A stretch of 62,928 bases of DNA from Verrucomicrobiia bacterium. Lineage in GTDB: Bacteria > Omnitrophota > Omnitrophia > Omnitrophales > Aquincolibacteriaceae. Below are positions 55,019 to 62,928 of the stretch, one piece after another; within the stretch, counting starts at the first letter, position 1; every line of letters starts with the position of its first letter. Below the pieces are notes generated by a model, which was not told where the DNA came from, ran no database searches, and worked only from the letters and a program-made list of their open reading frames with translations. The stretch covers positions 1 to 62,928 of the forward strand of contig DATJFP010000089.1 in the NCBI GenBank assembly GCA_035495615.1, written 5' to 3'. Both the position numbers and the translations under genes were made by a program.

Positions 55019-55246
55019 ATGAGCGAATCCATCCTGAAACACGAGCTTGAAAGCATGGGCGGGCGCATCAAAAATCTGAGGCTCGACACTCGTGCCGAGA
55101 TCGACCGCCTGAACCTTGAGATCGAAGCCCTGCGCCTTTTCGTGGAATGGGCGAATCCCAACACCGCGGAAGTTTACCGCGATATCCGCTACCGGGTCTT
55201 TCACGGGATTAATCCGGAAAAAGAACACGTGCTGCAATACCGGTAA
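55019..55246 (+). CDS. small hypothetical coiled-coil protein
   Basis: SD aaggaggg. 75 aa with no recognisable family. TAGAAT at 54985-54990 upstream. Confidence 0.45.
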   Translation: MSESILKHELESMGGRIKNLRLDTRAEIDRLNLEIEALRLFVEWANPNTAEVYRDIRYRVFHGINPEKEHVLQYR

Positions 55247-55325
55247 CCGTTTGCTCCGGCTCAAGAATTCAAGGGGGGCGACGTAATTAAAAAGAGTCCA
55301 TAACATCAACCCTTGTTCTCGAGCC

Positions 55326-56054
55326 ATGACGCCACCTGCCGTACGTATCGGAAAATTGACTTTAAAAGGACGTCCTTGTCTTGCGCTCAGCGTGACGGAT
55401 TCGGCTCCGGCCGGAAAAATCCTTCGCGGCAAAAGACGTCCGGACCTCGTCGAATTCAGGATCGACCTGTTTTCGCGCGGGGATGCCCCTTACGTCCTGC
55501 GTAAGATCCTCCCTTATTATAGGAAAGCGCCTACCCTGGCAACCATCCGCTCCGCGCGCGAAGGGGGAGGCTGGAAAAAACCGGAGAAAAAAAGGCTGGA
55601 ACTTTTTGAGGCGCTGATCCCGCATGTGGATGCCGTGGATGTCGAGCTTTCTTCGGGCGCGCTGGCCAAAAAAGTGGCGGCCGCGGCGCACCGAAAAAAC
55701 AAGGCCGTGATCGTTTCCTACCATGATTTCAAACGCACGCCTCCGGACCGCGAATTGCGGCGCCTGTTCCGCCGGGCTTCGGCGCTGGGTGCGGACATCG
55801 TGAAAATCGCGGCCATGGCCCGGACTTCCGAAGACGTGCGGCGCCTGGCGCGGTTTACCGTCGAGCATTCCGAAAAAAATATCGTCACGATCGCCATGGG
55901 CCGGCAAGGTACGGTTTCCCGGATCCTTTTCCCGGCCCTGGGTTCCCTCATTACCTATGCCCCCTGGGGCAAAGCCACGGCACCGGGACAGCTGGATTTC
56001 GACGCGACCCGGGCGTTTTTACAAAAATGGTACCCGGGTTCCTCCGGGAACTGA
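55326..56054 (+). CDS. aroD: type I 3-dehydroquinate dehydratase
   Basis: LVEFRIDLF, VIVSYHDF, ADIVKIAAMA (Schiff-base Lys context), TIAMG..G..SRIL. Confidence 0.8.
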   Translation: MTPPAVRIGKLTLKGRPCLALSVTDSAPAGKILRGKRRPDLVEFRIDLFSRGDAPYVLRKILPYYRKAPTLATIRSAREGGGWKKPEKKRLELFEALIPHVDAVDVELSSGALAKKVAAAAHRKNKAVIVSYHDFKRTPPDRELRRLFRRASALGADIVKIAAMARTSEDVRRLARFTVEHSEKNIVTIAMGRQGTVSRILFPALGSLITYAPWGKATAPGQLDFDATRAFLQKWYPGSSGN

Positions 56055-56126
56055 GTTTCCGGACCCTGCCTGCCGTTTTCCTTAACTTCCACGGACATGA
56101 AGATTTAACCCCACAGGAGGGACGAT

Positions 56127-57365
56127 TTGACGTATAATGACCCCCACATGCAAACGGAAAGCCATCACACGTTCGACGGTTTGGGGCTCGCCCCCAAGTT
56201 GATCGAGATTCTCGACAAGCTGAAATTCAAGCATCCTACCCCGATCCAGCACAAGGCCATTACTCCGGCCCTGGAAGGCAAAGACCTCATCGGCATTGCG
56301 CAAACCGGCACCGGAAAGACGCTTTCCTTCGCCCTTCCCATTATCCAGCGGCTGTCGATCATGGATAAAGGCAGGGCGCTTGTGCTCGTGCCCACGCGCG
56401 AGCTGGCCATCCAGGTCAACGAAACGTTCCTGAAAATTGCGCCTCTTTACGGCACTCTGCGGGCCACGGTACTGATCGGCGGCGCTTCCATGGGCCTGCA
56501 GATCCAGGCGCTGCGTAAACACCCGCGCATTTTGATCGCGACTCCGGGCCGTTTGATCGACCATTTGGAACAGCACACGCTTACTCTCGGCGACGTTGCG
56601 ATTCTCGTCCTGGACGAGGCCGACCGCATGCTGGACATGGGATTCGAGCCGCAGGTGCGGCGCATCCTGCGCAGCGTGCCCAAAGAACGGCAGACGCTTT
56701 TTTATTCCGCCACCATGCCTAAGCCCATCCTGGACATGGCCGCCCAGCACATGAAACTTCCGGTTTGCGTGGAGATCGCAAAGTCCGGGGCCACTCCCGA
56801 ACGGGTTGCCCAGGAGCTTTATATCGTTTCCCGCGAGAGAAAAAAGGAACTTCTCAAGAAACTTCTGGCGCAATACCACGGCAGCGTTCTGATTTTTTGC
56901 CGGACCAAGCTCGACGCCAAAAGGATTGCCTGGCAATTGAAGGAAGCGGGCGTGAACGCGGCTCAGATTCATTCGGACCGCACGCTGGCCCAGCGCCGCG
57001 AGGCTCTGGAAGGATTCAAGAAAGCCAAGTACCGCGTGCTCGTCGCGACCGACATCGCGGCACGAGGCATCGACGTGACGGGCATTGAAGTCGTGGTCAA
57101 TTACGACCTGCCTGAAGAAGCGGAAAATTACGTCCACCGCATCGGCAGGACCGGCCGCGCCGGCCATGAAGGCCGCGCCATTTCGTTCGCGACTCCGGAC
57201 CAGGGCGAGGACGTACGCAGAATCGAGCGTCTCATGCGCAAGCCGCTGCCGATTTTGAGCCACCCCGAAGTCCCAGCCGAACTTTTTTACGAGAACCGGG
57301 TCCAGCCGAAGCCCGGCTTCAAAAGCTCCCGCGTCAGGTCTTTCGGCTCCTTGCGCCGCAGATAG
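56127..57365 (+). CDS. rhlE: DEAD-box ATP-dependent RNA helicase (RhlE-like)
   Basis: SD aggaggg lies 5 nt before the TTG start. Q-motif, AQTGTGKT, PTRELA, DEAD, SAT and HRIGRTGRAG are all present. Confidence 0.9.
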   Translation: MTYNDPHMQTESHHTFDGLGLAPKLIEILDKLKFKHPTPIQHKAITPALEGKDLIGIAQTGTGKTLSFALPIIQRLSIMDKGRALVLVPTRELAIQVNETFLKIAPLYGTLRATVLIGGASMGLQIQALRKHPRILIATPGRLIDHLEQHTLTLGDVAILVLDEADRMLDMGFEPQVRRILRSVPKERQTLFYSATMPKPILDMAAQHMKLPVCVEIAKSGATPERVAQELYIVSRERKKELLKKLLAQYHGSVLIFCRTKLDAKRIAWQLKEAGVNAAQIHSDRTLAQRREALEGFKKAKYRVLVATDIAARGIDVTGIEVVVNYDLPEEAENYVHRIGRTGRAGHEGRAISFATPDQGEDVRRIERLMRKPLPILSHPEVPAELFYENRVQPKPGFKSSRVRSFGSLRRR

Positions 57366-57403
57366 CTTTCGCTTTTATACCGATAGGAAGGAAGGATTCG
57401 ATT

Positions 57404-57586
57404 ATGAACGAAACCTTGGTTGAAAGAATGAAGCGGGTCCGGAAAGAAAAGAAACTGACGATGTTCGAGCTGGCGCTGCGCCTGCGCGTGCCCGAGGGAA
57501 TGATCTCGCGGCTGGAAAAAGGCAAAGTGCCGCCCACGTCCCAGCAGGCCGACATTATCCGCGCCTTTCTGGCCGGCAAGATCTAA
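57404..57586 (+). CDS. small XRE-family helix-turn-helix protein
   Basis: RMKRVRKEKKLTMFELALRLRVPEGMISRLEKGK is a classic HTH_3 pattern in a 60-aa protein. Confidence 0.65.
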   Translation: MNETLVERMKRVRKEKKLTMFELALRLRVPEGMISRLEKGKVPPTSQQADIIRAFLAGKI

Positions 57587-57926
57587 CCCGCTCCTATCTT
57601 ATAAGCCCCGTTCCCACGCCCGCGGCAATTTCTTTGCTTTAAATCCACACCCCTTTTGTATTAAAATATTATCTGCAAAGCGCTGGTAAGCCCCGGCGCT
57701 GGCGAAGTTCGAATTTTTTAAGTGTTTAAAAATGTCATCCTGTTTTTGCAATCCCGTGGAAATCGGCGTATCGTTATTATTGTAAGGTTTGAAGGGGCCG
57801 CAGCCCTTGGTTTGGCGTAGTTGAAGCCTTTTTCACGGAGCCGAACCGGTTTTTGGGTTCCGGGGGTGAGGCTCCGGAAGCGGTCTTTCCAGGCATTTCG
57901 TCTGCCGTTGAAGAAAGGACAAAGTG

Positions 57927-58322
57927 ATGCCTAAGAAAAAACCTCACATTCTGATGATCGAGGATGATCCCGACATCTCCAGGGCCGTGGCCTTCAGCAT
58001 CCGCAAGGAAGGCCATACAGTCGAGGTCATCAACGACGGCCAGGCGGGCTTGAACGCCGTCCTCGCGAAGGCCCCCGACCTCCTCATTCTGGACCTCATG
58101 CTTCCCAATGTCCCAGGCGAGGAAATCTGCAAGAGCATCCGGGAAAATGACGACGAAAGAATCCAACGCATTCCCATCATCATGCTCACGGCGAAAGGCT
58201 CCGAAGTCGACGGCATTGTGGGCCGCGTCATCGGTGCGAACAGTTACATCGCGAAGCCTTTTGTGATGCAGGACCTGCTCAGGGAAATCGACCGGCTGAC
58301 GCCGGCGGAGAATGCCGCCTAA
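57927..58322 (+). CDS. single-domain response regulator
   Basis: HILMIEDDPD...DLLILDLMLP...AKP receiver motifs. The start could be GTG 57924. Confidence 0.85.
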   Translation: MPKKKPHILMIEDDPDISRAVAFSIRKEGHTVEVINDGQAGLNAVLAKAPDLLILDLMLPNVPGEEICKSIRENDDERIQRIPIIMLTAKGSEVDGIVGRVIGANSYIAKPFVMQDLLREIDRLTPAENAA

Positions 58323-58354
58323 GTCGACCGGCCGCCGCAAAGGAGGGGAGAAGC

Positions 58355-61300
58355 GTGGAAGAATTCGTCTCGGGTCCGGCGTCCCATTCCCTTAATTTTT
58401 TCGCGTTTCCGCCTCTGGTCGTCGGCATCCTCGTCGCGCTTCTGGGCATTCTCACCGTCTTGTGGGAGCGGTTCTCCCGCATCAGCCTGCTGTTTTGCCT
58501 TCTCACTTTTTCCGCGTCGCTTTGGCTCACGAGTTACGGCATCGTCTTTCTCATTCCCGATCCCGAGATGGCCCTTGCCGTCTCACGGTGGACGCATGTC
58601 GGCGTCAGCGTGATTCCGAGCCTTCTTTATATGTTTGTTCTTGCCATGGGCCGGCCGCCCGTGCGTTACCAGCTCCTGCTGCCGCCCATGGTGGCGCTGT
58701 CTTTTTATTTTTGCTATCTCGCCCTGCGTTCGGACGTGTGGCTGAGCGGCATCCACCATTATTTCTGGGGGTATTACCCGCTTTACGGCAGCCATGCGCC
58801 TTATTTTTTTACGTTTTTTTTCACGTCGCTTTTCGGGGGCCTTGCCGTGCTCGGCCTTTGCTACCGCAGCGCCGGCTCCAAAAGGGCCAAGTACCGCCTG
58901 CGCACGATGCTTTGGGCCATTGCGCTCGGCTCGCTGGCCTGCGTGGACTTTTTGGCCAACATGGGGCTGAACATTTATCCCGTGGGTTACCTTCCCATTC
59001 TTTTCTTTATCCTGCTTTCCTCAAACACCATGCTCCGTTATCACCTGGTTGATTTGACGCCCGCCTTCGCGGCGGGACAGATCCTCGAGACCATGGAAAG
59101 CGCGGTCATCGTGCTCGACCATGACGGCATCATCCGGGTGGCCAACCGCGCCGTATGCGAGATGCTCAAATACAAACGTAACGAAATCATCGGCCTTCCC
59201 AGTTCCGCGATTTTTAAATACACGACGACGTCCGGGCTGGGCAAAGTGGCCGGGCTCATGGATCCGAGCCTCTCCAAGGGAGGAGAGGCCTTCGACATCG
59301 TGAAGATCCGCAGCTATCCCATGCAATGGGCCGCCAAAGACGGGCAGCTGGTCCAGGTCAGCATCTCCGCGTCGGTTTTGAAAAACAGCAAGGGGCTTCG
59401 AGAAGGCACGATCTACGTCGCCGAAGACCTGACCGAGCGCCAGCGGACGGAAAAAGCGCTGGAGCAAACCGAGGATCAGTTCCGGCTTGTCATGAATAGC
59501 GTGGACGAATATGCGATCACCATGCTCGATCCCGAAGGATCCGTCACCTCCTGGAGCGCGGGCGGCGAAAAGCTCAAGGGGTACAAGGCGGACGAAGTGC
59601 TCGGCAAGCCGTTCTTCATGTTTTATCTTCCGGAAGACGTGAGCGATCAGAGGCCCCAGCGGCTGCTCAAATCCGCGGCGGCGCAGGGCTTCGTGGAAGA
59701 CGAGGGCTGGATCCGCCGCAAGAATGGATCGAAATTCTGGGCGCGCGTCACTATGACCGCGCTCCGGAACAAGGCCGGAAAGCTCGAGGGCTTTTTGCGC
59801 GTGACGCGCGACAGGACGCAAAGCAAGGAGGTGGACGACAAGCTCCGCGAAAGCGAGGAACGCTTCCGGTCCGTCGCGGAAAGCGCCAACGAGGCGATCG
59901 TTTGCGCGGACGAAAAAGGCTACATCATGTACTGGAACAACGGCGCCAGCAGCATTTTCGGCTACGCGGATTACGAGGTCATCGGCCGTCCGCTTTCCAT
60001 CATCATGCCGCAGCGTTACCGCGAAGCGCACGAACGCGGCCTTTACCGCCTGCGCCATACGGGCGAGCTCAAGGTCATGGGCAAGACGCTGGAACTGCAC
60101 GGACTCCGCAAAGACGGAACGGAATTTCCGATCGAGCTTTCGCTTTCCCATTGGAAAACTTCCCGCGGCCTTTTTTTCGCGGGTATCATCCGCGACATTT
60201 CGCTGCGGCGCCAGATGCAGGAAGAGCGTGAGCGGTTTTTCACCGTATCGCTGGAGATGCTGTGCGTCGTCAATTACGACGGCTATTTCAAGCAGCTCAA
60301 TCCCACCTGGCAGAAAGTGACCGGCTGGTCGAACGAAGAGTTGATGGCGAGGCCCGCCCTCGAATTCGTGCACCCGGAAGACAGGACCGAGTCCGAAATC
60401 GAGCTTCGGAAAGTCGTGTCCGGCCTGAACGTCGAGAGCTACGAACACCGTTTTTTATGCAAGGACGGCACTTACCGCTGGCTGCTGTGGAACGCGATCC
60501 CGCTGCCGGACCAGAAGCTGATCTATGGCGCGGCGCGCGACATCACGGAAAGCCGCAAGAACAAGGAAATGCGCCTGCGCCTGGCGTCCATCGTCGAATC
60601 GACCAACGACGCGATTCTTGGCATGAACCGGACCGGCACCATCACGAGCTGGAATCCCGCCGCGGAAAAAATTTTTGGCTACAAGGCCGTCGAAATCATC
60701 GGAAGCCCGGTCGCGATCCTGGCCTTGCCGGAGGATGCCGGGGAAGTGGCCGGGATCATCAGCCGCATTCAGGAAGGCGGTACGTTCGAGAATTACGAGG
60801 CCATCCGGCTGCGGAAAGACGGGACGCCGATCAAGGTCGCGCTCACCATTTCGCCGATACGGGACGCCACCGGCAGGATCACGGGCATCTCGACCGTCTG
60901 CCGCGACATCACGGCGCTGAAAGAGGCCGAAGATCTCCTGCGGCACAAAAAGGACCTCGAGATGAAATCCCAGTTCATCTCGGTTGTTTCCCACGAACTG
61001 AGGACGCCGCTGACCGCCATCAAGATGGGGGGCGACGTGCTGATGAGCGGGCGCTCGGGCGACGTGACCGAAGAACAGAAGGAATGGCTCGACATGATTT
61101 GCCGCAACGTTGACAGGCTGGCGCGCCTCATCAATAATGTGCTGGATTTCCAGAAGCTGGACGCCGGGCGCGTGGTCTACGAGAAGAAAAAACACAATCT
61201 CAACGAACTCGTCCTCGAGATCGAAAAAACCGTGCACCCTCTTTTCAAAGATAAGCCCGTGGCGCTCAAGCTGGAACTGGCCGGCGACCTTCCCGAGGCG

Positions 61301-61663
61301 GATTTCGACCGGGACAAAGTCGCGCAGGTCCTGATCAACCTGGTCGACAATGCCGCGAAATTTACGGACCAGGGCGCCGTGACGATCAAGACGGCAAAAA
61401 AGGGCAATACGATCGAACTCGCGGTGCACGACACCGGCATCGGCATCAAAAAGGAAAATCTGGGCAAATTATTCACGTCGTTTTCACAAGTTCACGATCC
61501 CTCCACCAACCGGAAGGTGCACGGCACCGGCCTGGGCCTTGCCATCTCGAAAAGGATCGTCGAACAGCATGGCGGGCGCATCTGGGTGCAGTCGGAATTC
61601 GGCAAGGGCAGCACGTTCGGCCTCATCCTGCCGGTCGAAGCCGGCGAAGCGGCGGCGGTATGA
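58355..61663 (+). CDS. hybrid-architecture sensor histidine kinase (multi-TM N-domain, about 5 PAS, HisKA, HATPase_c)
   Basis: Seven or so N-terminal TM helices, repeated PAS units, H-box VSHELRTPLT, N-box LINLVDNAAKF and G-boxes DTGIGI / GTGLGLAISKRIVE. Confidence 0.9.
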   Translation: MEEFVSGPASHSLNFFAFPPLVVGILVALLGILTVLWERFSRISLLFCLLTFSASLWLTSYGIVFLIPDPEMALAVSRWTHVGVSVIPSLLYMFVLAMGRPPVRYQLLLPPMVALSFYFCYLALRSDVWLSGIHHYFWGYYPLYGSHAPYFFTFFFTSLFGGLAVLGLCYRSAGSKRAKYRLRTMLWAIALGSLACVDFLANMGLNIYPVGYLPILFFILLSSNTMLRYHLVDLTPAFAAGQILETMESAVIVLDHDGIIRVANRAVCEMLKYKRNEIIGLPSSAIFKYTTTSGLGKVAGLMDPSLSKGGEAFDIVKIRSYPMQWAAKDGQLVQVSISASVLKNSKGLREGTIYVAEDLTERQRTEKALEQTEDQFRLVMNSVDEYAITMLDPEGSVTSWSAGGEKLKGYKADEVLGKPFFMFYLPEDVSDQRPQRLLKSAAAQGFVEDEGWIRRKNGSKFWARVTMTALRNKAGKLEGFLRVTRDRTQSKEVDDKLRESEERFRSVAESANEAIVCADEKGYIMYWNNGASSIFGYADYEVIGRPLSIIMPQRYREAHERGLYRLRHTGELKVMGKTLELHGLRKDGTEFPIELSLSHWKTSRGLFFAGIIRDISLRRQMQEERERFFTVSLEMLCVVNYDGYFKQLNPTWQKVTGWSNEELMARPALEFVHPEDRTESEIELRKVVSGLNVESYEHRFLCKDGTYRWLLWNAIPLPDQKLIYGAARDITESRKNKEMRLRLASIVESTNDAILGMNRTGTITSWNPAAEKIFGYKAVEIIGSPVAILALPEDAGEVAGIISRIQEGGTFENYEAIRLRKDGTPIKVALTISPIRDATGRITGISTVCRDITALKEAEDLLRHKKDLEMKSQFISVVSHELRTPLTAIKMGGDVLMSGRSGDVTEEQKEWLDMICRNVDRLARLINNVLDFQKLDAGRVVYEKKKHNLNELVLEIEKTVHPLFKDKPVALKLELAGDLPEADFDRDKVAQVLINLVDNAAKFTDQGAVTIKTAKKGNTIELAVHDTGIGIKKENLGKLFTSFSQVHDPSTNRKVHGTGLGLAISKRIVEQHGGRIWVQSEFGKGSTFGLILPVEAGEAAAV

Positions 61664-62586
61664 CGCATTATTTGGATGGCGCTTCCATGGCGGTCAAACA
61701 AGGCATGCAGACCATTCTCGTGGTGGACGACGAGGAAGACCTGGTCCGCGGCCTCGTCCGGATCCTCGAAGGCGCCGGGTACCGCGTGCACAGCGCGTTT
61801 AACGGCCGCGAGGCGCTGGAAAAAGCGAGAACCGTCGCGCCCGACCTTATCCTGCTGGACGTGATGATGCCCGGCTACGACGGGCGGCAGGTGAAAGCCC
61901 GCCTGAACGACGACGAGCTTCTCGCGCGCATTCCCGTGATTTTTCTGAGCGCGAAAGGAACGACCGAGGACAAGCTGGAAGGCCTGCACCTCGAAGCTGA
62001 CGATTACGTCACCAAGCCTTTTGAAATGGAAGAACTTCTCGCGCGCATCAACACCGCGATCCGCCGGCGGCGGCATTACGAAAAAGTGTCCATGACCGAC
62101 GGGCTCACGGGCCTCGCGAATTTCCAGTTCTTCAAGAAAGAGATCGACCTCATCTTCAACATCGCCAAGCGGTACGCCCGTACCTTTTCCGTCGCCGTCA
62201 TCGACATCGACAATTTGAAGCCCGTCAACGACCGCTTCGGGCACAAATGCGGCGATGCCGTGATCAAGGCCATTGCCGAAGCCATCAGGCAATCGATCCG
62301 CAAGGCCGATCTGGCCGTGCGGTACGGCGGAGACGAATTTGTCGTCATCTTTCCCGAGTGCGGCGAAAGCGAAGCGCGTCAGGCCATGGAAAAAATCCGC
62401 AAGGGCGTGGAAGAGCTGCGGTATGTCGTGCCGGAAACCGGCGAATCGCTTTCGCTGTCGGTCAGTACGGGCATCGCCTCCTACGAGCCGCGCGTGGAAA
62501 ATCCCTGGGAAATCTTTGAAGCCGCGGACCGCCAGATGTACCGCGAGAAGAATTCCAAACGCGGCGCAGGCCCGCAGAAAAAATAG
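61660..62586 (+). CDS. response regulator-diguanylate cyclase (REC-GGDEF)
   Basis: ATGA overlap with the kinase gene. Receiver (ILVVDDEED...DLILLDVMMPG...TKP), GGDEF at 62326-62340 and an I-site RKAD at 62299-62310, 5 residues upstream. Confidence 0.9.
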   Translation: MTHYLDGASMAVKQGMQTILVVDDEEDLVRGLVRILEGAGYRVHSAFNGREALEKARTVAPDLILLDVMMPGYDGRQVKARLNDDELLARIPVIFLSAKGTTEDKLEGLHLEADDYVTKPFEMEELLARINTAIRRRRHYEKVSMTDGLTGLANFQFFKKEIDLIFNIAKRYARTFSVAVIDIDNLKPVNDRFGHKCGDAVIKAIAEAIRQSIRKADLAVRYGGDEFVVIFPECGESEARQAMEKIRKGVEELRYVVPETGESLSLSVSTGIASYEPRVENPWEIFEAADRQMYREKNSKRGAGPQKK

Positions 62587-62618
62587 CCGCTCCGTCCCGG
62601 TTCAGGCCGTTTTTTGGA

Positions 62619-62646
62619 TTGCTTTTTAGCGTTTCAAACCTATAAT
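62619..62646 (+). promoter_or_regulatory. sigma70-type promoter upstream of gcvT
   Basis: TTGCTT - 16 nt - TATAAT in an AT-rich spacer. Confidence 0.4.
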
Positions 62647-62730
62647 GCTTCCTATCATTTGGCGCTCCGTTCCGGGGCGGACTCCTTGCAAATTCATCAT
62701 CATTTAATAGATTAAATTACAGGACTCCAT

Positions 62731-62928
62731 TTGAGCTTGGCCTCATCTGAGACTCTACGCGAGCTTCCCCTCCACCAACAATCCCTCGCCCTCGGGGCCA
62801 AAATGGGCGCTTTCGGGCAATGGGAAGTCCCTTTGTATTTCACCAGCATTCTCGAAGAGCACGAAGCGGTGCGTACCCGCGCCGGAGTTTTCGACATCTC
62901 GCACATGGGCGAGTTCCGGGCCAAGGGG
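62731..62928 (+). CDS. gcvT: glycine cleavage system aminomethyltransferase GcvT, N-terminal part (runs off window)
   Basis: The frame is open to the window end and so is absent from the ORF track. ...LHQQSLALGAKMGAFGQWEVPLYFTSILEEHEAVRTRAGVFDISHMGEFRAKG is the canonical GcvT N-terminus. Putative TTG start. Confidence 0.8.
   Translation, partial: MSLASSETLRELPLHQQSLALGAKMGAFGQWEVPLYFTSILEEHEAVRTRAGVFDISHMGEFRAKG

Noticed and set aside
57810-57830. Sigma54-type promoter (TGGCGT-N5-AAGC) upstream of the receiver gene
   Set aside because: The GG/GC spacing fits, but the -12 element lacks the conserved TTGC and no enhancer-binding protein is encoded nearby. The evidence is too weak to annotate.
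62647-62730. Possible glycine riboswitch upstream of gcvT
   Set aside because: The leader is only ~85 nt and AT-rich. It lacks the conserved GGAGAG...CACCG...GGACA cores of either glycine aptamer, and only a short imperfect hairpin is present. Rfam cmscan would settle it.
62712-62924. 70-aa ORF on the - strand at the window end
   Set aside because: The + strand frame encodes the unmistakable GcvT N-terminus (GVFDISHMGEF), so the reverse ORF is a shadow.
1-62928. CRISPR arrays, transposases/IS elements, prophage genes, toxin-antitoxin pairs, retron/DGR reverse transcriptases
   Set aside because: No regularly spaced short direct repeats were found. No DDE/serine/tyrosine recombinase, capsid/terminase or RT motifs were seen in any plausible frame. 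The lone 60-aa XRE protein (57404-57586) has no adjacent toxin-like partner.

Overview
GC-rich bacterial chromosomal segment with strong G/C bias at third codon positions, clearly from a diderm organism. It is almost fully coding. About 55 genes are on the + strand. Only a tRNA-Pro, one histidine kinase and one secreted propeller protein are on the - strand. The many long reverse-strand ORFs in the track are GC-driven shadows of the real genes. Order of content: (1) 3' end of a GCS2-type glutamate-cysteine ligase, then tRNA-Pro(CGG) with a decayed tandem copy. (2) A cytochrome c, a PAS kinase/receiver pair and an SDR. (3) An MBOAT plus DltD-like O-acyltransferase module. (4) A zinc-ribbon membrane protein and a 956-aa TM/TPR protein. 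(5) A complete type II secretion-like operon (gspG-C-D-F-[MA metallopeptidase]-H-I-J-K-L-M-E, 11.9-23.4 kb). (6) Directly downstream, a PEP-CTERM protein, two overlapping giant surface-protein genes (2094 and 2231 aa) and an FN3/CBM-like protein (23.5-38.4 kb). (7) egtB-egtD (ergothioneine), DUF1579-like, VOC, tag and an FAD monooxygenase. (8) GT4 plus a CapK/PaaK-like ligase, a ferritin-like protein, a second PEP-CTERM protein and a PAS kinase. (9) A small secreted protein, a bacterial eRF1/Pelota-like (baeRF) protein and an LTXXQ periplasmic protein in one operon. (10) An Ig/propeller protein, a DEDDh exonuclease, aroD, a DEAD-box helicase and an XRE regulator. (11) A receiver, 7TM-multiPAS kinase and receiver-GGDEF module, then the 5' end of gcvT. 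No CRISPR array, transposase, integrase or phage genes were seen. The best candidates for something undescribed are the T2SS-plus-giant-adhesin island and the baeRF operon. The island's notable parts are a c-di-GMP-type MshEN motif in GspE, a TonB-C-like tail on the secretin, an embedded metallopeptidase and a new ~137-aa Cys-pair repeat. All functional calls rest on motif-level recognition by eye. No database search was run.
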